DNA of 64,000 nt. Origin: Hallerella sp. (lineage in GTDB: Bacteria; Bacillota; Clostridia; Oscillospirales; Oscillospiraceae). The stretch is from contig CAVFCI010000001.1 of assembly GCA_963620985.1 (NCBI GenBank), forward strand, positions 26,093 to 90,092, read 5' to 3'. The position numbers and the translations under genes were made by a program. Shown here piece after piece: positions 26,339 to 35,026 of the stretch; the stretch's first letter is position 1, and each line of letters begins with the position of its first letter. The notes beneath the pieces were generated by a model. It did not search any database. It saw only the letters and a program-made list of their open reading frames with translations, and was not told the origin of the DNA.

Positions 26339-26905
26339 TTATACCTCCGCAAAAATCGTTCTGATCAGTCCGTCAAGCTCCTGCCATGCCGATGTGTCGG
26401 AAAGCTCCCGTATGCTCTCGGCAATGCTGCGGTAGTACCACGCCTGCTCGGCGGGATCCTTCTGGTTAAAGTCCTGCCATACGGCATCGCCTATCTCCCG
26501 CCAGACATGATATATAGAGCGCAGGTTTGCGAGCTTATCGCCGAGATAGATTATCTTTATCTCCCTGTCCTGCGTTTCGGCGAGAATGCGCAGCGATTCC
26601 GATTTCCGCGCCTTCCATGTGCTCTGCGCGGGGAGAGGACGCATTTTGTCCTCCGTTTCTGATGCGACGAGCTCCGCGACTCTTTTGCCGAAGCGCTCCT
26701 CAAGCTCACGCGGGCTGATGCCGGCATCCTCCACAACGTCGTGGAGCGCCGCCGCCGCGATGACCTCCTGATTGCTCGTCACCGTGCCGACTATCACGGC
26801 TGCCTCCAAGGGATGCAGGATATAGGGGCAATCCGACTGCTTACGGCGCATTCCGTCATGAGCCTCTGCCGCAAAGATGATGGCTCTTGTTGCAAGCTCC
26901 GTCAT
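26339..26905 (-). CDS. HD-domain small alarmone hydrolase (RelA/SpoT hydrolase-only, Mesh1-like)
   Basis: AAEAHDGMRRKQSDCPYILHPLEAA and AAALHDVVEDA match the (p)ppGpp hydrolase HD signature. No synthetase domain (188 aa). Confidence 0.75.
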   Translation of the reverse strand: MTELATRAIIFAAEAHDGMRRKQSDCPYILHPLEAAVIVGTVTSNQEVIAAAALHDVVEDAGISPRELEERFGKRVAELVASETEDKMRPLPAQSTWKARKSESLRILAETQDREIKIIYLGDKLANLRSIYHVWREIGDAVWQDFNQKDPAEQAWYYRSIAESIRELSDTSAWQELDGLIRTIFAEV

Positions 26906-27198
26906 TCGATCACCAGTATATCGGCAAAGCCGGTCATTTCAAGAACATCCATAACCTCGGCGCAGACGCCGGTGAGCTTCATGGAGCCTATGCGGTTCAT
27001 CTTCTTCTGCGCAACGAGCAGGACACGCAGCCCAGCGGACGAGACGTAGGTCAGCTCCTTCATGTCAAGGATCAGAACGCTCACCTCCGACGGCAGTGCG
27101 TTTATCACGCCCTCAAGCTCCGGCGAGGTAATGGTGTCGAGCCGGCCTTCAAGGTGGAGGGTCATCGTTTCGTTTTTCTGTTCGGGATTGATCGTCAT
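26902..27198 (-). CDS. STAS-domain anti-sigma-factor-antagonist-like protein (RsbV/SpoIIAA family)
   Basis: 98-aa ORF with LDMKELTYVSSAGLRVLL (conserved phosphorylatable Ser context) and VMDVLEMTGF. Confidence 0.85.
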   Translation of the reverse strand: MTINPEQKNETMTLHLEGRLDTITSPELEGVINALPSEVSVLILDMKELTYVSSAGLRVLLVAQKKMNRIGSMKLTGVCAEVMDVLEMTGFADILVIE

Positions 27199-29372
27199 TT
27201 GTTCAGACTCCTTTCCAGCTTCTTAGTCATCGTGAGTATATTTTCATCGTTTTCACGGGTATATGTGACGGTGTCCATCGTCTGCTTTACGATGTATATG
27301 CCCAGACCTCCGACCTCGCGCTGCTCGGCACTGAGAGTAATGTCGGGATCGTCCTTTGCCAGCGGGTCAAAGGCTATGCCCGCGTCCGAAACGGTAAAGG
27401 TCGCGGTGTCGGATGCGTCGTCTATGCTTACGGCAAGCCTTGCCGTGCCCTCGCCGTCGGGATATGCATAGTTGGCGATGTTCACGAAGACCTCCTCTAT
27501 GGCGACGCTCACGGCTATCTGGAGCTTCATCGGGCAGCCGGCCTTTTCGAGCTCGCCCTCGACAAAGCCGAGAACCTCGGGGACGTTTTCCTCCTTTGCC
27601 TCGAAGCAGCGCTCGACGGCCTCCGCCGCGCCATGGAAATCCATGAGCAGCATGGTTATATCGTCAAACTGCGGCGCATCTCCGGCAAAGTCCTGAAGCG
27701 AGAGCCTGAGCTCCTTGAGCATGGCCTCGGTGTCGCAGCGTGAGTGGCTGTTCAGGAAGCCTCTGAGCCGCTCCTCGCCGTAAAGCCGCTGCTGCGTATC
27801 CGTCGTTTCCGTAACGCCGTCGGTGTACAGGAACAGCCGGTCGCCGGGGCTTACGCTAAGATGGCTCTGCCGGTATTTTACGTTTTCCATACCGGCCAGA
27901 ACAAGGCCGCTTCTCTCGCGCAGATATTCAAATTCACCGTCCGCTCTCTTGAGAAGCGGGGGATTGTGTCCGGCGTTTACATATGTAAGCTCGCCGGTCT
28001 TTATATCGAGAACGCCCATCCACGCCGTCACGAACAGACCCGCGTCGTTTCCGTCGCACAGCAGCCTGTTTACGATCGTAAACACCTCCGAGGGCTCGTT
28101 GCCCATCTGGGTATAGTTTTTTATGAGCGTTTTCGTTATGACCATGAACAGCGCCGCCGGAACGCCCTTGCCCGATACGTCGGCAACGACGAGGGCGAGC
28201 CTGTTCTCTCCGATCATGAAAAAGTCGTAGAAGTCGCCGCCGACCTCCTTGGCCGGATGCATGAGCGCGTACAGCTCAAACTCGCAGTGCTCGGGGAAGG
28301 GAGGGAAGATGCACGGCAGCATGTGCGCCTGAATGTCCGAGGCAAGCTTGAGCTCGGCGTTTATGCGCTCCTTTTCCGCCATGACGCTTTGCAGGTTATC
28401 CACATATTTTCCGAGATCGCGGATCATGGACATGTACGAGCGCGCAAGCTCGCCGACCTCGGTCGAGTCCTTTGCGTAGACCTCGCACTCGCTGAGCAGC
28501 TTGTTGCGCTGAGAGTCAGTCGAGCGCCCTGAGTAGTAGCTTCCGGCGATCTTGGCAAGCTTTTCGATGGGGCGGGATATTTTCTTCTCCGTAAAGCGCA
28601 TGAAGCCTATGGAAAGCGCAAAATAGGTGTTCATCGCAAGCATTTCAAAGAGATATATCCTGCCCAGAACGCTGATGTTGCCGGAGCCGTATTTGTCGGT
28701 CAGGTAGACGGCAGTGCCCACGAGCACACAGATGCACAGGCCGGTGACGAGGGTGTTGAGTATCATCCGCTCGTTCATGGAAAAATGCACGGGCTTGGTT
28801 TCGCCGCCGTCCTTGAGGTTCTCCATATGCATCTGCAAAAGGCTTCCCAGTATCATGAGCGGAGCGCCGAAGAGCAGACCGGAGTCAAAGCTGTTTACGA
28901 AAAGATACAGATTATCAAACGAGATGATATCCGAAACATTGTACGCATGGTTGAGGATGCTCGTAAACAGAACCGTCAGCAGCGCGTTCAGTCCCAGCAG
29001 CAGGCAGAACTTTAGTATCCTCGACACGCTGTCGAGCCTGAACTCCTTGCCGCCGCGCTCGCGGTTTATCTTCTTCCAGAAGAAATACGCGCACATGGCA
29101 TAGAGTATCTGCAAAACGCTGTTTATCGCCGCGTACAGAAGCTCATAGCCCGCGCTCAGGTCGCAGACAAGGTTTCCCGCCGCGCAGCCGAGCGCCGCCG
29201 GCCAGCCGAAGATCATGCCGAGCACCGGCGTGAGCGCCGCCGTCGGGCGCATCTGCGTAAGCTCAGATGCTGCCGCCCAGAGCTTAAAGGGCGCAGTCAG
29301 CAGTATAAACAGCAGCAGGTTCATTGCGAATACGAACAGCGCCGCGCGTTTTTTCGTGAGTTTCATTTTCAT
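27195..29372 (-). CDS. Polytopic membrane sensor fused to a PP2C (SpoIIE/RsbU) phosphatase and an RsbW-type GHKL serine kinase domain
   Basis: About 8 TM helices in aa 1-270. PP2C motifs EVGGDFYDFF, VVADVSGKGVPAALFM, LFLYTDGVTE, FDDITMLLMDF. C-terminal HATPase motifs EEVFVNIANYAY, VSDAGIAFDP, VGGLGIYIV. Confidence 0.8.
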   Translation of the reverse strand: MKMKLTKKRAALFVFAMNLLLFILLTAPFKLWAAASELTQMRPTAALTPVLGMIFGWPAALGCAAGNLVCDLSAGYELLYAAINSVLQILYAMCAYFFWKKINRERGGKEFRLDSVSRILKFCLLLGLNALLTVLFTSILNHAYNVSDIISFDNLYLFVNSFDSGLLFGAPLMILGSLLQMHMENLKDGGETKPVHFSMNERMILNTLVTGLCICVLVGTAVYLTDKYGSGNISVLGRIYLFEMLAMNTYFALSIGFMRFTEKKISRPIEKLAKIAGSYYSGRSTDSQRNKLLSECEVYAKDSTEVGELARSYMSMIRDLGKYVDNLQSVMAEKERINAELKLASDIQAHMLPCIFPPFPEHCEFELYALMHPAKEVGGDFYDFFMIGENRLALVVADVSGKGVPAALFMVITKTLIKNYTQMGNEPSEVFTIVNRLLCDGNDAGLFVTAWMGVLDIKTGELTYVNAGHNPPLLKRADGEFEYLRERSGLVLAGMENVKYRQSHLSVSPGDRLFLYTDGVTETTDTQQRLYGEERLRGFLNSHSRCDTEAMLKELRLSLQDFAGDAPQFDDITMLLMDFHGAAEAVERCFEAKEENVPEVLGFVEGELEKAGCPMKLQIAVSVAIEEVFVNIANYAYPDGEGTARLAVSIDDASDTATFTVSDAGIAFDPLAKDDPDITLSAEQREVGGLGIYIVKQTMDTVTYTRENDENILTMTKKLERSLNK

Positions 29373-29418
29373 TGAGGGAGTACCTCCTTCGATCGTCTGC
29401 GGAAGCAGGAACTTGGTT

Positions 29419-30636
29419 TTACTTATTATTCTTCTTCTGCTTGGCCAGAGGCACAGCGGGGAACATGCTCAGGCTCTTTGTCATTGCGACGGTAAACAGG
29501 ATAACACCGCCGGCAGAGAAAAGCTGCACGCCCCAGAGCGTGAGGTTTATGCCGACAAGATCTATCATGATGCCGCCGGTGAAGCTCGCTATCAGATATC
29601 CGAGCGTCAGTGCACTGCCTACGAGGGACTGACCCTTGAGAAATTCACTCTCGGGCAGAGTGTGGGCTACAAAGCGAACGCCCGCCGGAACATAAATGGC
29701 ATAGCCGGCAAATTGCAGGAGCTCCGCGGCATACAGCAGGTAAACATTCGGCGCGAGCATGATGAAAAAGTTCTTGGCCGCCCACATCCAGCCTGCAAAT
29801 ATAAGAAGCTTTCGGTTTCCGATATTGTCGGCGACGCGGCGGTACAGAAGCATCGCCGGAAGCTCCGTCATTGCGGAGATGAACATCGCAACGCCGAGAT
29901 TCGAGCTGTCGCCGCCTATGCGCAGTATGATCTGAATAAGATAGGTATCCATGAAGCCGTTCGCCGTGGCAAGGCAGAGCACACCGGCAAAGAAAATATA
30001 AAACTGCGGATATTCGCTCATCAATATTTTCTTTTCCTTGGGCGTTACGCTGCCGGGATGACGCTCGGCAAGATTCGGCGCGTTGAAGGCGAGGACTGCA
30101 AAGCACAGCAGGAGGCAGGGGATGATGTACAGCCCGGGCAGGATGTTTGTCGTGAACTTCTGTATCAGCAGGCCGGTGGCAAGGCTCGTGAGCGAAAAGG
30201 CCATCGAGCCGCAGCCGCGTGCCGCGCCGAAATTGATCCTTGTGCCCTGCTCATGATAGCCGCGGTACAGGGAGTTTACAGACGACTGCATCGATGAGTT
30301 GAGCGAGTACACGAGAATGTATACTATGCAGAAGCCGAGGCCGCTGAGCGGGAGCAGCAGGAGCGCCGCCGACAGCAGCACTATAAGCACATGCACGGCG
30401 AACATTGCCCGCCCCAGCTGCACGCCTGTGCGCTGGACAAAGGAGGCGACAAGTATCTGAAAGCCGGCTGAGCCGAGATTGCCGAAGCCGAGGATGATGC
30501 CTATCCTGCCGCTGCTGAAGCCGCGGTCGAGCAGATATGTCGATGCAAAGCAGGCTATCAGCGCCAGCGAGCAGAAATACAGTGCCTGAATGACCGCATA
30601 AAACACGGTCGCGTTCCTCTTGTTTACGGATATCAT
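29419..30636 (-). CDS. MFS transporter
   Basis: 405-aa ORF with about 12 TM helices and an MFS-like loop motif (DRGFSSGRIG). Confidence 0.75.
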   Translation of the reverse strand: MISVNKRNATVFYAVIQALYFCSLALIACFASTYLLDRGFSSGRIGIILGFGNLGSAGFQILVASFVQRTGVQLGRAMFAVHVLIVLLSAALLLLPLSGLGFCIVYILVYSLNSSMQSSVNSLYRGYHEQGTRINFGAARGCGSMAFSLTSLATGLLIQKFTTNILPGLYIIPCLLLCFAVLAFNAPNLAERHPGSVTPKEKKILMSEYPQFYIFFAGVLCLATANGFMDTYLIQIILRIGGDSSNLGVAMFISAMTELPAMLLYRRVADNIGNRKLLIFAGWMWAAKNFFIMLAPNVYLLYAAELLQFAGYAIYVPAGVRFVAHTLPESEFLKGQSLVGSALTLGYLIASFTGGIMIDLVGINLTLWGVQLFSAGGVILFTVAMTKSLSMFPAVPLAKQKKNNK

Positions 30637-30651
30637 GTTTGTCTTACCCTC

Positions 30652-31557
30652 TTATGCACGGAAAAAGTCAAGGCAGCGCTGCCTGTAATCGGGAGCCTCG
30701 TCGTATACGCCGTGGCCGTAGCCCTCATCGTAAAGATAAAGCTCGCAGCCGAGAGCCTCGGCTATCTGCTCCGAGCCCTCCGCCGTTACGACACCGTCGC
30801 CCTCCGAGCCTATAACGAGCACGGGGCATTTTATGCCAGAGAGCTCATCATAGCAGTCGAAGGTCCTGCATGCCTCGGCAAGGATGATAAAGCGCTCGTA
30901 CTCCTTGTCGCTTATGCCTGCGTTCATGGATATGAGCGTATCGCGGTAGCTCTCAAGCGTTGCCTCGGAGTAAACATTGTCAACAAAGCTTTCCAGCAGC
31001 TCTGTCTCCTGCTTTGCCTCGGCGAGGCTTATCCACTCGTCGACGATTCCGTTAAAGCAGTCGTTCGGCTTTGCCAGCGTCGAGCCGAGGATCATTTTGT
31101 GCACGAGCTCGGGAAAGTCGATGGCGAGATACTGCGCTATCATGCCGCCCTGAGACGCGCCGAAAACGTCGGCGTTTTCAATGCCGAGCGCCTTCATTGC
31201 CGCAGCTGTGTCGGCTGCCATGTTGCGCACGGTGTAGCCCTCGGAGATATCCTTGGCTCTGTCGAAAAGATACACGGTGTATTCCTCGGAAAAGTCCTTG
31301 TACGCCTCCGCTATGGCATCAGCCGAGCCCATCACACTGTGGACAGACAGGCCGGGCAGTATGACAAAGGTCTTTTCGCCGCTGCCGAATACGATATAAT
31401 CCATTTCCATACCTCCGGAAGAAACTGTTTTTACGCTTGCAGCCGCTGCCGGAGCGGCGGTCGGCTCCGGCGTGGGCTCGGGCTGACCGCTGCTCTGACA
31501 GGCGGTGATGCCGAGCAGCATCAAGGCTGCAATAAGTGCAGAGATAAATCTTTTCAT
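30652..31557 (-). CDS. Alpha/beta hydrolase lipoprotein
   Basis: Lipobox LLGITAC, a Pro/Ala-rich linker and the nucleophile elbow GASQGG. Confidence 0.75.
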   Translation of the reverse strand: MKRFISALIAALMLLGITACQSSGQPEPTPEPTAAPAAAASVKTVSSGGMEMDYIVFGSGEKTFVILPGLSVHSVMGSADAIAEAYKDFSEEYTVYLFDRAKDISEGYTVRNMAADTAAAMKALGIENADVFGASQGGMIAQYLAIDFPELVHKMILGSTLAKPNDCFNGIVDEWISLAEAKQETELLESFVDNVYSEATLESYRDTLISMNAGISDKEYERFIILAEACRTFDCYDELSGIKCPVLVIGSEGDGVVTAEGSEQIAEALGCELYLYDEGYGHGVYDEAPDYRQRCLDFFRA

Positions 31558-31567
31558 TGTATGCTCC

Positions 31568-33304
31568 TTACTCGGCAGCTCCGCGCTTTTTGACGATGAT
31601 GATAACGACTGCCGCTATAACGACCACTGCCGCAGCCACGATGGCGATCGTCTGAGAGGAAACAGAGGTGGAATCAGAGCTGCTGCTGTTATCCGCAGCC
31701 TCGGGCAGCTTACCGTAGGCGGAGGCATCCAGCGTTACGGTCAGAGGATCGACCTGCTTGAGCTCGTCTATGACCTCGTGGGTCTCGGGGTTTCTTCCGT
31801 TTTTCATGGTGTTGCTGTTTTTGCTCATGTACCAGCGAACATCGTTGAGAAGCTGACCGGCATCGTCAAAGGCCTGCTCCTGCACCGAGTTGCAGTAATC
31901 GGTTATGTACTGCTTTGCCGCCGCACTGTCGCCGAGGGAGGCGGCGGTGCTGAGCACGGTCTGCATGCTCTCGGTCATGAGCGTTTCGGCCTGATGCCAG
32001 TATGCGCGCACGGGCTGACCGTAGATCTTGTATGCGCTTTTCTCAACGCCGAGGGTGTTGAGCTCCTTGAAGCGGTAGTAGGGGTAAAGCTGAGTGTCGA
32101 ATATACCGGCCTCCTCAGCCGTCTGACTGCGGGCGTAGGGGGCACTGATGCTCGTCGCGGCATTAGATATAGGAACGAATACGCCGTACAGCGCAGGACC
32201 GGTGCTCTCCCAAGTCACGCAGGACATGTCCGCGGGAAGGTCGGGGTATATCTGCGCAATATGCACGCTCAGCGCGGTGTCGGTTCCGATAACGCGCATA
32301 TCCGTGCGGCCAGTCTCGTCGGGGCTGTATTCCGTGCCCTCGTAGCGGTTGCGCATGATCTCCATAACGTCGAGCAGCGAGATCTTCTCATCTGGCGCAA
32401 AGCACAGGGGATAGAGCGCGGACTTGTCGTAATCGCCGTAGGCGGAGGGAGCCATGAGCTGATGCGCTATCCACGTTCTCATGTGGGAGTAGTTCGTAAC
32501 GACCTCGTCGCCGGAGTAGGTAGCCAGCAGGTTGAGCTCGCCGTCCTCGCCGTACACTGCAAAGCCCTTGTCCTTTGCAAGGCTCTCAAGCTCCTTGGAG
32601 AGTATGCAGTCGGAGTAGTCCGAAACATATTCAAGCGAAAACTCGTTTCCGAAAGCGCATACCTTGTCATCGGGCAGCTTTACAGCCGCGTACTGGTGAC
32701 CGCTGTACATCTCGATGTACCATGCCTCCTTCTGGTCGGCGATAAGAGCGATATTGACCTCGCTGCTGCCGTAGGTGTCGATAAGAGACAGCAGGACCTC
32801 AACGCCCTCTCTGGCTGTGGCGCTCTGGCAGGTCACAAGATCAACGGCGGTGAACTCGGACAGGCCGTGCTCTATAAGAGGATCGGCCTCAAGCGCTGCG
32901 GCGTTTGAAAACGAGGTGATGGACATTATCATAGCAACGCCGTATTCGTTCGTGCAGACCGTCGCGTCGCTGCCGAGGCCGTTTGCAGCCGTAGCGCTTT
33001 CCATCCACGGGGTAGAGGTGTAGCGATAGGTGGTGTCGGGCAGCTCCGCGAACACCGTCTTGTCGTTATCGACGGGCATCGTTCTTCCCGATTTGTTCTC
33101 GACGCGCTCGGTAATGGTCACATAGTTTGCCCAAACGTCCTGATAGTCATTGGATTTGGCCATGATCACCGTGCCGTCGGCGCTGGCCTTCGAGCCTACA
33201 TACACCGCAGTGCAGGCGTAAGCTTGAGCTGCTCCGGCGCATACGAAGGTAAACGCCAAAGCAAGTGCGCATATCATGCGCATAAGTCCGTGTCTTTTTT
33301 TCAT
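31568..33304 (-). CDS. C69-family dipeptidase, secreted, with C-terminal membrane anchor
   Basis: Signal peptide, then ACTAVYVGSKASADGTVIMAKSNDY (N-terminal Cys nucleophile context of peptidase C69). Ser-rich stalk, a hydrophobic helix and KKRG at the C-terminus. Confidence 0.75.
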   Translation of the reverse strand: MKKRHGLMRMICALALAFTFVCAGAAQAYACTAVYVGSKASADGTVIMAKSNDYQDVWANYVTITERVENKSGRTMPVDNDKTVFAELPDTTYRYTSTPWMESATAANGLGSDATVCTNEYGVAMIMSITSFSNAAALEADPLIEHGLSEFTAVDLVTCQSATAREGVEVLLSLIDTYGSSEVNIALIADQKEAWYIEMYSGHQYAAVKLPDDKVCAFGNEFSLEYVSDYSDCILSKELESLAKDKGFAVYGEDGELNLLATYSGDEVVTNYSHMRTWIAHQLMAPSAYGDYDKSALYPLCFAPDEKISLLDVMEIMRNRYEGTEYSPDETGRTDMRVIGTDTALSVHIAQIYPDLPADMSCVTWESTGPALYGVFVPISNAATSISAPYARSQTAEEAGIFDTQLYPYYRFKELNTLGVEKSAYKIYGQPVRAYWHQAETLMTESMQTVLSTAASLGDSAAAKQYITDYCNSVQEQAFDDAGQLLNDVRWYMSKNSNTMKNGRNPETHEVIDELKQVDPLTVTLDASAYGKLPEAADNSSSSDSTSVSSQTIAIVAAAVVVIAAVVIIIVKKRGAAE

Positions 33305-33348
33305 GATCCCTTTTCTCCTTATTTATATTTGTTATATATAAACGGTAC

Positions 33349-33978
33349 TCAGCCGAGGCTCATACCGTTTGCCAGAACATATGCGGTAAAGATACCGGCA
33401 AGTATAAACGCAAGCAGAATGGATACGAGGCGGTATTTTTTCTCCGTCTGGATATAAAAGCTCATTATAAATATGGATGCATAGCAGACTATGCCGCTCA
33501 GAAGGTGATGCGGGAAGCTGTGAAATGCTCGGTAGAAGTAGGAAACGCCCATAAAAGCCTGTATCGTGTTTCCCAGACCGAGTATAACGGCTCCGAGCAG
33601 GCTCTGCTTCTTGCATTGATACGCTATAAAGCCGCCAGGCAGGGTGAGGAAGGTCGCGGGAAGCCAGATGCTGCTGTAGTAATACCATGCCTTATCGACC
33701 GTGAGCGATCCGAACAGTATCTGAACTATATATACGAGCGGCTGGCTTATAAGGAAGAACACAAAGCATTTGAGCATTGCCTCCCAGCCCTTGCTGCAGT
33801 TGACGACTACAATGACGGCGAAAATGACCCACCACTCGTAGCTTATGCCTATATCCTGAAACGAGGTCTCGTCAAAAATGTCCACAAGCATCACAAGGCC
33901 GGTGTAAACGCCCGCGGCGACTGCAAAAAGTATCACCGTGAGCCAGCTCATTTTCAGGCTTCCGTACAGCTTTTTCAT
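33349..33978 (-). CDS. Hypothetical integral membrane protein (about 6 TM)
   Basis: 209-aa hydrophobic ORF. No motif recognised. Confidence 0.5.
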   Translation of the reverse strand: MKKLYGSLKMSWLTVILFAVAAGVYTGLVMLVDIFDETSFQDIGISYEWWVIFAVIVVVNCSKGWEAMLKCFVFFLISQPLVYIVQILFGSLTVDKAWYYYSSIWLPATFLTLPGGFIAYQCKKQSLLGAVILGLGNTIQAFMGVSYFYRAFHSFPHHLLSGIVCYASIFIMSFYIQTEKKYRLVSILLAFILAGIFTAYVLANGMSLG

Positions 33979-34392
33979 TTATATCCTCCGTGAACCGGCT
34001 CCGCGCGGCGCTTCAAAAACGCACATCAGCGCAGCGAAATTATTTAATCAAGTCAGTATATCAAATAAACATTAAATAAGCAATATTGCAGTGTTAAATT
34101 GCAATCAAAAAATTATAACCGACAGGCTGTGAATGGCGCGGCAGGAAATGACCGTCAGAGCTTTGGACCGCATCGGATAACATAATATTTCGCTCCTGAA
34201 TTTAACAATTTTACACTAAGGAAACAAAAGACGCTCAAATTAAATAACAGTCCGCAAAATTTCGTTAACAAAGCATGGCTTAACGGAATTTTTTTTGATT
34301 TTCTATACAAAAATTATGGAATTATAACAAATATGGTGCTATACTGTATGAGCATTATGTAAAGTAAATAATTATTTTTCCCGAGGCGCATT

Positions 34393-34935
34393 ATGAGCTA
34401 TATTGAGAAGAGAATAGACAGTGAGCAAATGTACAGCGGCGTTATTGTGAACGTCCGTCTCGACCACGCAGAGCTTTGCGACGGAAGGATCGTCAAGCGC
34501 GAGGTCGTCGAGCATCCGGGCGGCGCAACGATATTGCCGCTTGACGACGAGGGCTATTGCTACTGCGTCCGTCAGTTCCGCTATCCTTATCAGAAGGAGC
34601 TCCTTGAAGCGCCTGCCGGCAAGCTTGAGCCCGGCGAGGATCCGATGGAATGCGCCGTGCGCGAGCTGTCCGAGGAGACGGGCTTTACCGCCGATGAGAT
34701 CATAAGCCTCGGAGAGGACTACACCTCGCCCGGCTTTTCTACCGAAACGCTGCACATCTATCTCGCCCGCGGACTTCACAGAGGCGCTATGCACCTTGAC
34801 GACGGCGAGTTCCTGAGCGTAGAGCGTCACCATATCGATGAGCTGACAGAGCTTGTCATGGACGGTACGATAGCCGATGGCAAAACGGTAATTGCGGTCT
34901 TGAAGGCAAAACGCCTTTTGGAAAGCGAAAAATAG
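34393..34935 (+). CDS. NUDIX hydrolase (ADP-ribose pyrophosphatase-like)
   Basis: Nudix box [22 protein letters not shown]. Confidence 0.85.
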   Translation: MSYIEKRIDSEQMYSGVIVNVRLDHAELCDGRIVKREVVEHPGGATILPLDDEGYCYCVRQFRYPYQKELLEAPAGKLEPGEDPMECAVRELSEETGFTADEIISLGEDYTSPGFSTETLHIYLARGLHRGAMHLDDGEFLSVERHHIDELTELVMDGTIADGKTVIAVLKAKRLLESEK

Positions 34936-35026
34936 TTACGATTTGTTTACATTGCTAATTGCCTTGACATATGCGTCATGCTATAATAACAAACCGGTGA
35001 GCTAACACCGACGAAAGGTGCATTAT

